A stretch of DNA of 58,548 bases, the filler included, from Platydemus manokwari (lineage: Eukaryota), in the NCBI GenBank assembly GCA_037951405.1. It is 4 parts of 4 records of this genome, joined end to end, with 100 filler letters (N's around TTAATTAATTAA, not from the genome) between each part and the next. Parts side by side here need not be neighbours in the genome. Positions count along the whole stretch, not along the records: positions 32,443 to 46,085 come from JBBMOY011659181.1; positions 46,186 to 58,548 come from JBBMOY010171121.1; 2 more parts are not named here. The stretch is one strand, 5' to 3'. The position numbers were made by a program, and so were the translations under genes. Under the pieces are notes generated by a model. It did not search any database, was not told the origin of the DNA, and saw only the letters and a program-made list of their open reading frames with translations. Positions 37,412 to 49,934 of this stretch are shown in pieces. Positions within the stretch are counted from its first letter, which is position 1, and every line of letters starts with the position of its first letter.

Positions 37412-40305
37412 CAATATTTTATTTTATTTCAAAATCACCCGCGTTTGCTTTTAATATTAAAACAAATCTCATTTTTAATCTTACTATTGTTGTAAAATAA
37501 ATTTCATTAGGATTTCTTGGTGAAATTTATATGGTGAAGAAATGAGAAATTTTTCATCAGAAATGAAAAGTATCAATGTACCACATGTCAATAGGAAACA
37601 CGGTGACAAAGGTAGTGTTGAAATAGCTAAAAATTGTGGTTGATAATGAGATTTCACTGAGAAAGTGTATATAAGAAAAAAAAATGCCTTCTCGATTCAA
37701 CCTATCACTGTAAAACTTGATTAAGTACGGCATAGAAACCAAAGCGGAACTAAAGCACAAAATCCCTGAGTACGGTCGATAAACTTAGCGAGTAAAGTTC
37801 GAAATTTGAAAAAAAATCTTTTATATAATGGAGGCATTGCACTGTGCAAAAGTTTTTGGAATTCACTGTTATTAATAGTTCACGAGAATGTCGGATTAGC
37901 AAGAATGTACTTAGATTTTCAGAGATTACGTGAACAATTAAAAAGATTTATGTTTCGAACTATATATTTGAGTTAAATATATTATCAAACCAAGCTTGAT
38001 GAAGATTCCAAGTACTTTCAGTATAAGACAGGACAGTTTTTATATATTGGAAGATATAAATATTTATCAAGGAAATATAAAAATTATTTAGCACAAATCC
38101 AGATGAAATTTATTTTCTTGAAAATTTTCGATTTAAACTTATTTACTTTTATTTAAGCTGCTTGATTGGAATATTTTAGCGGTTCTTCTCAATCTTAGAA
38201 ATAATATTTAAATTAATGAAAAGGTTTCAAAATTTTGAAATCTATAATATGAAAATGTAAAGGCAGTTTAATTTTCCGAAAATCTGATTTTAAAATTATT
38301 ATTTTTCACTTAATTAATTCCAGTTAATTAAAACAAAAATTATTTAATTTCAACTAATTAATTGAAATATTATTTTTTCTCTTTTATTTTTATATCAATT
38401 AATTTAACATAACGAAACTTAGAATACAATTAATCTAAAAACAAATTGTCAAGAGATATTTCTCTAATAAAATTTAAATTCTCCAGAGATAATAAAAGAA
38501 TAAATTTCAGTAAAACTAGAGAAATATATTGACTTTCGTGACTTAAACAATGATATCAGTCAATTATTGACTCGCCGAATAACATTGAACTCAGCAAAGT
38601 TCACCAGCTTAATTCCTTATCTAGATAAATATTTTTATTTAGACCTGTTGGACTGAATTATTTTTATACCTGTGAGGATATCAAATTGAATTTATATTGA
38701 ATTTAGTTTGATATTAAATTTAGTTGATATTAAATTTAATTTGATATCAAATATTATTTATTTTGTTTAAATAATTGTCTTTGAATAGAATTGAATGCCG
38801 AGTCTTTTCAGTTCGTTTTCGATGCGTTTTTTATAAAATAGTAGCGGCTAACAATACCGATTCCTTCAGAAAAAGTAATGCCACTATACGTGTCCATATA
38901 TGAATTAGTAATTTGAGTTTTTAATATTTCAATGCTTAAAAATATGTCGACAGTTCATTTTGTGATTATCTTTTGATACAACAGACAAACATATTCAAGA
39001 CATATAAATACGAAATTTCTAAATCATTTAATCCATAAATATCTTAATAATTAAATAATCCCTGTTCATCGTTCTGTTATTGGCAAATCATTGTCCTTAC
39101 TGTTTTGTCGTCTATAGTAATCGTTAAATTATAAAACAATTTTTGAAAATTATATTTTTCAAGAAAGAAAAAAAGAAAAAAAAAGTTGCCATTTGTTATA
39201 TAATACAAAATAATTACCTAAATATTTTTTTAATTTTTGCTTAATATTGTAAAATAATAAAATTTATGTTTATTTACGATTTATTTTTTCAATTAATCGA
39301 TTTAATTTCTGAAAGAAATCACTAAAATTTAGTGAAAATTATAATTTTATTATAAGTATGAGATAATTTTACATTTTAAAAGAATTATAGAGGCATGACA
39401 ATTGAAAAATATATTAATCTTTAGAGATCAATCGTTAATATGTTGATTCTCATTCATTTGGACAAATTTAAATCATGCACAAGCTCCCCCCTTCAGAAAT
39501 TTACTTAAGTAGAACTATGTAGTTAAATTTAAATATAAACTTCAACAACAATCATTCTTGAATAATTATGACAAAATATAAACTTTATTTTAGTTAAAAA
39601 TGTTTTAATTAATGATTGATAAACACAGAAACATGACAGCATGAAAAATATCGGATACTGGATATTGTGAAATCAATGAAATTCTTTTTTTGACAAAAAC
39701 ATTTCTTTCAACGATTTAGACGAAAATCAATTCATTAAAAATGGAAAAAGAGAGAAATTCAAAAATATTTGAATTGTGTCATTCACAAATAATTCAAAAA
39801 TCTATCTGAAGCATGTAACCGCGTAAAGTGATATTTTGTGAATGCAGTCATATGACCGTGAGCAATGCATTTTGTAATTTAGCTACTGATAATCTCAATA
39901 TTCTTTACTTTCTTGTTATAATTTTATATAAACACTTATCCTTACAACAACCAGAATTAAATGCAACTGAAGCTCAATCTCGATGAATGATTCAAAGAAA
40001 AAATTAAGTCAAGCTAAAATCAATTATATGACTCTTTTGATTCGGCGGTTATTATTTTATTTTATCTCAGACATTTTATCTATTTATCTGTGTACGTATT
40101 TCATTAAAGTACAATATTTATCTAAATTTGAAACATATATTCTTCAAATGGAAATGCTCCAGAACGCAAGACAAAGATGATACAGCAACAGAAACCACAG
40201 CAAATAACTATTTCAATAATCAGAAATCAATATTATTTCATAGGCAATGATAAATAAAAAATGTCAAAATTAATATGGTAATGAAATGAATATAATTTTA
40301 CACAA

Positions 40306-41266
40306 TTATAATTTTCGCCAATAAAAGTCGCCTCCAGCATGATTGTATAGAAAACATTGGTTATCTTTATCGATTGTAAACGAAACGCAGTTTTCCATTA
40401 TTCGACATGTCACAGCACAATCTGTTTGCTTTTCCACAATCAATTTCTCAAGATATGTCACCATTTTAGAGCTTACATCAGATCTATGACTAATATCTGT
40501 CAATATAATAAAATTAATAAAAATGTACAAGAAAATTTTTACAAATCATTGAATTTTCCTTCACAAAATTAAATCCGTAAATTTCCACTTCACAAATATT
40601 GATTGCTTCTTCTTTATACGGTTTCGAAATGACAATTGTTCTGGCAGTCTGTACTCAATATTCTAATTAAATCAACAATATTAAGTAATATTACAAGTCT
40701 TGCAAAATTGAACTCGATCATTTGTTGTTTAGGTGAAGGTGGGCCTCGATAATAATTGAAAAGATAAAAGACGTTCGAATCATTTATGAATGAAGTTCGA
40801 CTAAAATAACTGCCATGAAATGATAACTTCTCAGTTCGATATTCTTAACAAATATATTAAAATCATTATTTTAAGAGATTTCATGAGCATACGGCTATGA
40901 TCTGTGCGTCCATAAATTCGAATTTTAGTAATGACCGATAACGTGTCCAAAACTACCATCCACCATTTCACATAATTAGAACTATAGCTGTGATAACAAG
41001 ACTCTAAAATAATAAATGAAATCATTATTATTATTGATTTCAGTTTTTACTTTTAAACATGTCTCCATTACGATTTCCATCCACGGCTTTATCTGAAGTA
41101 TATCCGTGCTTCGTTTTCGATTTGTCTAATTTGGACATCGCGAATGTTGGTCTTTTTATTGAAATAATATCTATAAAAATATAATCATTTTAATGATATA
41201 TAATTAAAAATCACCATTTTGTGCCAAAACATAAACTAAAAAACAAAATAAAAAACAACACTTCAT
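40306..41266 (-). CDS. Secreted F-type lectin (fucolectin/F5-8C-like) domain + PAN/apple-like domain protein (6 exons)
   Basis: Exons 41266-41215, 41170-41051, 41003-40893, 40843-40695, 40648-40543 and 40496-40306 join in frame. Signal peptide MKCCFLFCFLVYVLAQ; FTL motifs KAVDGN, SCYH, WWMVVL, GRTDHSQYR and ICEVEIYG; C-terminal CAVTCRIMENCVSFTIDKDNQC. The acceptor of exon 5 is weak. Confidence 0.8.
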
Positions 41267-44122
41267 CGCAAAGCTAATACGAAAAAACAGCTTATTTATA
41301 AATATTAAACAAGAAACAAGTGTCTAAAGTAGTCTACCAATAAAATTAGAGCATATGAATTTCAATCAATTGGTTCTTTGTTTATGAGCATGATAAATAA
41401 TTGCTGACCGTCTGTTAATCATTCAACTTCAGTGAGTATTTAGCAAATTGTTTTTTAAAAAAGTTAATTTTATATTACATTTTAATTTGAATATATTAAG
41501 CAAGTCACAGCGGCTTATATTGATTTATCGTTATATTCTTATCAAGAGTTATTATGAAGTTATGAAGTAAAAAAATATGTATAACTACTAGCGGAAAGTC
41601 TAATAGAGGCCCAGTAAGAATTGAAAATTGACAAAGTTCTCCTATCAATTCAGATATTGTTACTAGAACATTAATAGAAGATTCTGGTATTTATCAGTAT
41701 TAAGATTGAACGATCAATGCGAATCTCAAGAAATAGACAATAACAAAGGTCTAAGATTAAATAGGAATATGGTTGTGAGATTTTTAAATCAATTGTATTT
41801 GAAAAATTTTAAAATCAATTTTTTATAAAATATTGATTTCTTTAAATAATTGGCGTTTAAAAATAATTTTAGTTAGTTTCCAAAGCGTGTTTCTATTAAA
41901 AAAAAGTAAGGGGTAACAATGATCATCACCGAGATTAGGGAAATATTCTAAGGGAATACTAAAAAAAGTTTGAAGAACTAAATTTAAATTGAAAAAAAAA
42001 ATCAGTTACTTTTTAGGAATGAAGAAAAGTTAGAAAGAAATAAAAATAAGATTGTGTTTTAATGTGTATCATTTGCACAATCTGAATTTGCTAATGGGTT
42101 AATTTTTCGAGCAGAAAATATTTTAGATTACGATGTAAAATTAATGGAATAATAGAGAAAACAGAAAAAATAAGTTTGCAAAGTGCATGAAAATAGACAT
42201 GAATAATTTTTATTTATTATTATTAATTATAATTATTGTTATTATTTTTTAAATGTCAATTATTAAATCATAAATTCAATACGTCAAAAATCTAACTCTA
42301 CATATACATCATTTTTACCTGATTTGGATGGCCATAGTTCCCAACATTGATTTTTTAATTGTTTTCAATGCACGTCAACATTATAATAACGAAATCAGTA
42401 AAAGTTAAAATAATATAGTGGAATTATTATTATTACCTTATTGTAAATCTCATTGATTCAATAACCATAACTAACATCAACCATTTTATTATATATCTAA
42501 TTTAAACACGCAATATAGGCTTTGAAGTTGCGACAAGTGAAATATACCTATCCTCACAGCTAATAAATTATCACGAATATCATCCAATGCCATCAATATT
42601 TTCCTTTCTTAGATTAAATTTTCTACTTTACTTTCCAGATTTTGATTTTTATTTCTTACTCAAAGATGTTGCATTTTATAATGCTTGAGCATTCTATTAG
42701 TTGCTTTGTTCTTTACTTGTAGTTGAATTGTGATATTAAAGCTTTATATTAAAGAGTTTAATTAATAAATAACATCACTGTAATTACTCGCTGTGCTTTA
42801 TTAGATTTTCTCCCTTACTGTTCTTAATGATTGATCCACTTCTACCAGAAATTTTCTAGTGAATCAGTATACATTTTTATTTTCGGATTGTACATTTCGT
42901 TATAACTACTTTCTTGTGGCTTCTTCATAATACGTGTATTTGAATCCAGCATATTATTTTGTCCCAATATTATTCCTTTATTATAATAGTAGGTCATTCG
43001 AAAGTTATGAATAAATCTTTATTACATACCATTGGTTTTATAAAAAAAAATACTGAATTCATAATTAATGAAATGAAACAACAAAGTCAATAATAAAATT
43101 TTATTTGAAATTTTTTTTTATTCTAATAGTTCTAAAAGTTTATCACTAAATCATTGACTGAATTTCAATTTATATTATAATGATTCTTGTATGTCAAAAT
43201 TGATTTTAACACAACTTTATCTTAAAATCTGATGATTAAACCGTATAATCATAATAAACATTTCCTGTACTGTAACGATTTATTCATGAAACTGGTCATA
43301 CTTTATCTTACACCAATTATGAAAAATTTGTATAAAATTACAAGGAAATATAGCTTTGTTTTGATCTATCAAGTTCTTAAAACTATTCATTCAATCAGTA
43401 CGTTTGTTTTTATACATATTGCTATAAATAATTATTTTTGAATTGATTTATTTACTTAGTTCAAACAAATTTTTGCAGATTTAATTTATTGCTAATTATT
43501 TCTATATTATTTTAATAATTTTTATTTGTGATTTGAATATCTATTCCTTTAGAATATATTGAAAGTTGTCTAAGAAATGAAGAAATTTCATTTTATATTA
43601 TTGGTAATAATAGAGATTTTTGGAATCACGCTAGGTAAATATTATTTTAATAATTAAAATGATTTATGAATTTAGAATAAAATCCAAATCAAAACTCCTT
43701 TGTGATAATTATTATTTGCACTTATTATTTATTAACAAATATATACGAAATTTTATAATGTGAATTTTGTAAAACATGTCAACGAAAGTTCAAATATAAA
43801 ATTTTTATTAAAAAATCTTTATATTTATAAATTGCAAATTACTGACTTCGAGTTTTTGTTGTTATATATATGAAAGTACCCTGTTCATAATGCAAGTCTA
43901 TCTCTATTTGATTCGTCTTCCTACCAATGTTGCACCAAAGTTTCAAAAATAAAAAGTTCTGATTTAAAATCGGCTTTATTAATTTGAAAATTAAAATTTC
44001 ATAAATATTGAAATGTGAAAGACCGGATTTCATCAGTGCAGAAATACTGTATACATGCAAAGAACAATGTCTATAATAAATAGTATTTTGTTTTACTTTG
44101 TCGATAAATGTATCTGATATGC

Positions 44123-45477
44123 ATGCAACTATTTTTGGATTATAACATAGTACAGTCGACATTATTCTGCGTAAAGATATCTGTAATTAACAGTTTTTTG
44201 ATTTTGTTTAACTTTATAAAATATATTGCTTGGATAGCTTTTATATGTATCAGTGTGTCGAGGATTGATAAAGGTGTTTACTAGTAACATTTAAGCTCAA
44301 ATTTGTGTTATTAAGTTTATTTGATGTTTATAAAAATGTGAAAATCTAAAATTCTTATGATAATAAAGGGTTTACAAAAATTATTGAAAAATTATCTTGA
44401 AGAAAGAAGTCATAAACTCAGTATAAAAATATTATATTAATATTTTAATTTGATATTTAGCTAGATTGACTGAAGAAGATTTGATATTTTTACCAAATAA
44501 GGCAAACTACGAAGATGCCACTAATCAATGCAAATCGAAAGGGTTGAATCTTATCAAGATAAAAGATGGTATTACTAATGTTATATTTTCTTTCTCTTAT
44601 ATACCTATTAAGTTTATTTTTTATAAAGATGATGGTCCTTAAATTTGCTAAACGGTATAACCTTGGAAGATATTGGATAGATGGAATCGATAAAGGCAAA
44701 AACGGTCAATGGGTGTATAATGACGGTTCAAATATGACATACACGTAAAATATTTTGTAAAATGTCGTTTTGATATTTCATAAAATCAATATTTAAAGTA
44801 AATGGAAAGATTGGGTTCGAAGAACCTTCTCAATTAATTGTATTGAAGGATATTTTTATTTTGATCGATATTGGCGTGCACAAAACTGTTTTGTGGAGTT
44901 ATCTGTTATTTGTTATCGCGAAAAACCGGGTATTGATTTTCACTTTCGATTATTTTGAACTTTATAATGTTATAAAAGATATCACAGAAACATTTGACGG
45001 AATGCAATTGGTTTCCTTGAACGATAAAACTAATTACGAAAAAGCAACGAATTTATGTAAATCGAAAGGAATGAATCTTATCAAAATACAAGATGATAAT
45101 ACTAATGTTATACTGTTATTCTCTATTAAATATTTGTAATTTTGAATTTTGATTCAGACCTTGGTTCATAACTTTGCTCTTCGTCACAATTTAGGAAGAT
45201 ATTGGATAGATGGTAATGATATAACCAATGAAGGCCAATGGGTATACAATGACGGTTCCAATATGACATACGCGTAACATATTTTATTTAAGACAGTTGT
45301 GATATTTTATTAATCGCTATTAATAGTAAATGGGCTCCAACTGAACCAAATGACTATGATGAAGATGAAGACTGTCTACAAGGATATTTTTATATGGACG
45401 AACTTTGGAATGATAACAGCTGTGATTTGGAGTTGTCTGTGATTTGTTATCGAAATGTACCAAATCGTCGAGCTTAA
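44123..45477 (+). CDS. Tandem two-domain C-type lectin
   Basis: Exons 44461-44579, 44629-44744 and 44799-44929 (CTLD1), and 44979-45106, 45158-45273 and 45327-45477 (CTLD2). Both domains have A..xC...G.NL.KI, YWIDG and GQWVYNDGSNMTY. CTLD2 has WAPTEPND..EDC..WNDNSC. A hydrophobic leader (IAWIAFICISVS, ~44225-44260) is present; the ATG at 44123 and the 5' exons are tentative. Confidence 0.88.
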
Positions 45478-46085
45478 TATTAGAAATGGCTATTAAACAA
45501 TAAAACTACAACGAACTGTTCGATTATTAATTCAAATTTTTGAATTTTAAAATAATTTGAAAAAATCATTAATTTGCAATCAATATTTAAACAACAAAAA
45601 TTCGGATTTAATTATTGTTTCCTAAAATTATTAGCAAACAAAACCAATATTTTATTAATGTATGTGTTACTCTTTTGTACTAACTAGCTTGTGAAAAATG
45701 AAAAATGAATGGCTCTGATTGAATCATTAGTAATTGTGACATAGTTCACTGACCTGAATAATTTATAGATATTTCCTTTATATTCATTGAATACTAAATA
45801 GAAACTGACGTTAAATATGTTTCTCATTGATAGATTCGTACTTTTACGCGTTTACAGCACTTTCTCATAGTTTATTAATTGGTTGATGTTTTTCATATCT
45901 ATTATTATTGAATTTAGATAATAGAATTGTAGGTATGTCAAACAGACTCTACTTTATAAATGTACCCAGATATGATACATAAAAAGTACCCAAAATATTG
46001 ATAATCAACTTGATAAAAATATAATTAAATTCATAATTTTTATTCGAAATACCAATTTTATAATTAATCTGTTTTCAAAGATTAT

Positions 46086-46185
46086 NNNNNNNNNNNNNNN
46101 NNNNNNNNNNNNNNNNNNNNNNNNNNNNNTTAATTAATTAANNNNNNNNNNNNNNNNNNNNNNNNNNNNNNNNNNNNNNNNNNNN
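46086..46185. other. Assembly gap with TTAATTAATTAA spacer
   Basis: N-run with a central stop-codon spacer. Confidence 0.98.
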
Positions 46186-46477
46186 GATTTATCTTCTCTG
46201 CAATCTCTGCTAAACTTTTCTACATTTGATCTTTTAAGAATCAAACCCATGCTGTTGTTTCATAAATTTTGAATTAAAAACAAATTTATGAATTTCAAAT
46301 CACAAAAGTATATCTAGTCAAAATATTCACACGAATTATATTGATTATTTATATTTTTTTTAATATCAATACATTTTTTATTAAAATGATCATGTCTGAT
46401 TAATTTTGTTTTAATAATAAAAATCAGACATCGCGAGTGTTTTTCATTGTAGTTCAGTCTCAATTATCAAAACATCT

Positions 46478-49057
46478 ATGACCTATTTGCTCAAATTAAA
46501 ATCGAAAGCTTGTGAATAAAATATTTTTTTGAATTAAATTTGTCGCCAAAAATGTTTTTATATAAATCAATAATCGCAATAAATTCAACGGCTCTTAAAT
46601 AATCGTTAATTTACACTAATCATCTTATGTAATAGCTGGTAGTTTAGGAATCGTGTTGGTCTGGGACTCTGGTGACGTTTCTAATTCGTTATTTCAGTTA
46701 ATGATTAGTTATTATGCTTGGTACTATCGAATTTGTTAAATTTTAATTAAAGGAAGAATCTGCTATTCATGAACAAGTAGCCCCGAATTTAGGACATACT
46801 AAAAGTGATAATTAACGTTAGAATTTTTTAAAAATTCGTTGAAAGACGTTGAAATCTATAGGAAAAATGTGATAAGCATTTTCGGTTTTTATGAGAAAAA
46901 ATTGGAACACATTAAAATATACGATTTTAATTCCATTAATATTGAAAAATTAGAATATCCTGATCTATATCCATTGTAATTATTTTTGAAATTGTATTGA
47001 TTATTGTGAAGAACATAATTCCAATAATTACAATTGATATTTTATTTGTTTATTTAGATTTGGAAGGATCAGGTAACAGTGAAATTAATAGTGATGTCGA
47101 AAATACAGAAAACCAAGAAAATGAAAATGAAATGGTATCTGAATACCACGGACAAGGTTAGCGATTAACAATAAATTATTTCTTTGTGTGATTTGGTAAT
47201 GATGAAATACTTTATAATTATCTTTTAGGAAGTCCGATAGGATTAGAGAATAATAATAATAATTGTTACATTAATGCTGCATTACAAGCACTGGCTTCAA
47301 GTGATAAAATTACAGAGCAGTTTAAATCTGCAAAACTCGTTATTCCTTATAGCAGAACCTTGAAAATTCTTCTCAGTCTTTTGGAAGGTAGAATTTCTCA
47401 TGAACAGCCTTGATGCTGATTCTCTATTTAGGAATTAATAATGAATCCGAAAATCCCAGAATAGAGACCAATTCGGAACTTTTAAAATCTCTAATCAACT
47501 TTATCGGATGGAATAAAACTTCGCAGCAAGTATTATAAAAAATCAACCTAATAATGAATAAATCTACTTCAGGATGTTCTTCATCTGATGTCTGTGATCG
47601 TTAATGCGGTTCACAGTGATTTGAAACAGGCGGAAACTGAGGTTTTTTTCATTATTTACATTAGCCTGAAAACACTTTCGAGTTTTATGTGTTGCTCTAT
47701 TAACCAATTATTATTTAATATTCTATAAAAATGAAAACGTTTCGCTTAGCACAAGGAAGAATGACCAATACATGTATGAAGTCAATTTCCTGGGAAAAAA
47801 TGATCCAAAATAACAAAGTTTTATTACATGGCTTATAATTAGAGATATGGTAACGGTTTTATTGTCAAAAAATGTATAATGATGGTCATCAAGTTGGACA
47901 AAATATGGTTATTATATGTAGGGTTTATTAAAAAGATTCATTTAAGAAAAGCGATATTATAAAAATCCTTAAACTATTAACAACGACAATTTAATCAAAA
48001 ACATATTTGTGTTTATATTTTGTTTAAATCGATTAGATATGAAATTATTCTGATCGAGACTGACATCGTTTAAACCTTTCTAAGTTTATTATTTTAAATC
48101 ATTGAAATTCGTGTGAGAAAAGATTGTTACATTTTTTTTTAATATTTCAAAATTAGAAATATATTTTTCTGAATGTAAATCTTATAGATCCTTGAAATAG
48201 AGTAACTCTCTCTGATAAAAATCGAGCTGTTGAAAAATCGTAATAAAAAATTACTTAGACTAAATTTTTGCTCTAAAAAATGAAAGTTAACTTTTATTTC
48301 AGGCAGAACCCCCATTGAAATCTGCAATGGTTCATCGGTCAGTGGGACGAAGCTTAAATGATTCACTCCAATACCATATTGCTTTGTCATTAAGCTTATG
48401 TGGGGCCTATGAAAGTAGTGCTTTTGTAGTTGAATTTCTCATTGATTGAGAACGCCCTCATTAATAGAGCTACCCGGAGTTAAACTGAAATATCTGATCA
48501 AAGAATATTTATCTCCTAGTGCAATTGATGGAGATTCTTTAAAAACTTCTCAAATGTACTTTTATAAGAAAACACCCGAAGTACTGATTCTTCAAATTTC
48601 GGCAATGAAATTAAATCCCATCACAAAATCATTAGAAAAACCCGAATATCATATTCAGTATGATAAGGTTTTGAAATTGAATCTTTCCATTGTGAAGGAA
48701 TTGGATAGCACTGAGTGAGTAAATATGATTCAACCAGAATAAATATAAAGTTCGACAAAAAAGTAGATCATATAAAAAACATTCATTTTTCATTAGCTGG
48801 TCTAGTTCTAACTTTTTCTGGTCGCAAAATTTTAATTTATTGAAAATCTTTTTATGTTTAGAATTTCGAATGATCAAGTTGATTATCGGCTGCATGCTGT
48901 CATATGTCACACTGGAACCTATGACAATGGCCACTATGTTACCTACAGAAACTTCAAAGGGTCTTGGTTTTTAACTGATGATGAATCAGTACATGTTGCA
49001 TCTTTCGACAAAAATATTTGCCCTTACATACTTGTTTATGAAAAAATGAATAAATGA
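46478..49057 (+). CDS. Ubiquitin-specific protease (USP/peptidase C19), USP30-like
   Basis: Cys box GSPIGLENNNNNCYINAALQAL (exon from 47229), QQ|DVLHLM box, PEVLILQI, and His box YRLHAVICHTGTYDNGHYVTYRNFKGSWFLTDDESV..PYILVYEK. An N-terminal hydrophobic stretch (GSLGIVLVW, LMISYYAWYY) and GHYVTYR resemble USP30. Exon structure 5' of 47058 is uncertain. Confidence 0.85.
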
Positions 49058-49519
49058 AAAATATGAACATATATTGAAACTAAATTCTTTAAAGATTCAA
49101 GGTCATTTATGAGTGGTGTGGCACTTTTTGTTCAAAATTCGAAATACTTTTTCTATTAATTTTATTTTTTTATTATTTTGTTATTGGATACTTACTTGTA
49201 TATTGTGAAATTAAATATATATTTCTGTCGTTTCTTCATAATACTCCTAAATATAATTCCTAATATTATAATAATGCAGGAAAAATTGGTTCGTTTATTG
49301 TAAAAGGATGCCATTTAAATCATATTCTTTCGAACAGGTTCATTCGACATCAAAAACTCAAATAGTTTTGAGTTAATTTAATCATCGAGAGATGCAATAA
49401 CCTAATGGTTGTAATACAGTGTTAGATAAATTTGGGAGGAAAAAATAATATATTTGTAGTGCACAAAATTCTAAGCTCTCTCTCAAGAATTAGTCAAATC
49501 TAACGTCAAAAATGCAATC

Positions 49520-49934
49520 TTGCTTTAACAGCCCAGAATCTATTTCTGATTGTCATTGCCATAATCTTTCATAAATACCAATATAGTACATCTACTGTAG
49601 GTAATTTAAGATTCGTTAAATACGTCTACGAATTCCCTAACGCGTTAATCTTTCCAAATAAGTCAAAAATAATTAATTCTTCTTGAAATAGCAAATGACA
49701 TATTTCTCATGCTTTGAGAGTGATTTGCACATAATTTATTGATAACTTTGAATTTTCCACCTTTGTCTTATTGCAAGAATCATCGGCATTGCATATATGT
49801 GGGATTCCTATACAGACACATTTCAGTAGTAGCTTGACAATTAGAAATACTTTAAATGACTGCTGTCCACCATCGCGTAGCCTGGAAAACAAATTTATCA
49901 ATAAAAAGTGATAATTGATGGCTACATCGGGCAT
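49520..49934 (-). mobile_element. Decayed DNA transposase remnant (DGGxxSFKV...TxLKL), possibly RAG1/Transib/Chapaev-related
   Basis: ORF 49707-49934 contains RDGGQQSFKVFL, and the same frame continues through stops to TYLTNLKL. Family assignment is by motif recall only. Confidence 0.3.

Noticed and set aside
37839-37870. Tc1-like terminal repeat fragments (CACTGTGCAAAAGT; similar at ~1135-1150) and a GCGGATCCACGGATA hAT-like end at ~50694
   Set aside because: Isolated short motifs with no matching partner end or convincing transposase, so too weak to annotate.
43232-44162. Short Ile/Phe/Lys-rich ORFs (43232, 43839, and also 6432, 17073, 25760, 50371, 53205)
   Set aside because: Their composition mirrors AT-rich non-coding DNA, with no domains or splice support.
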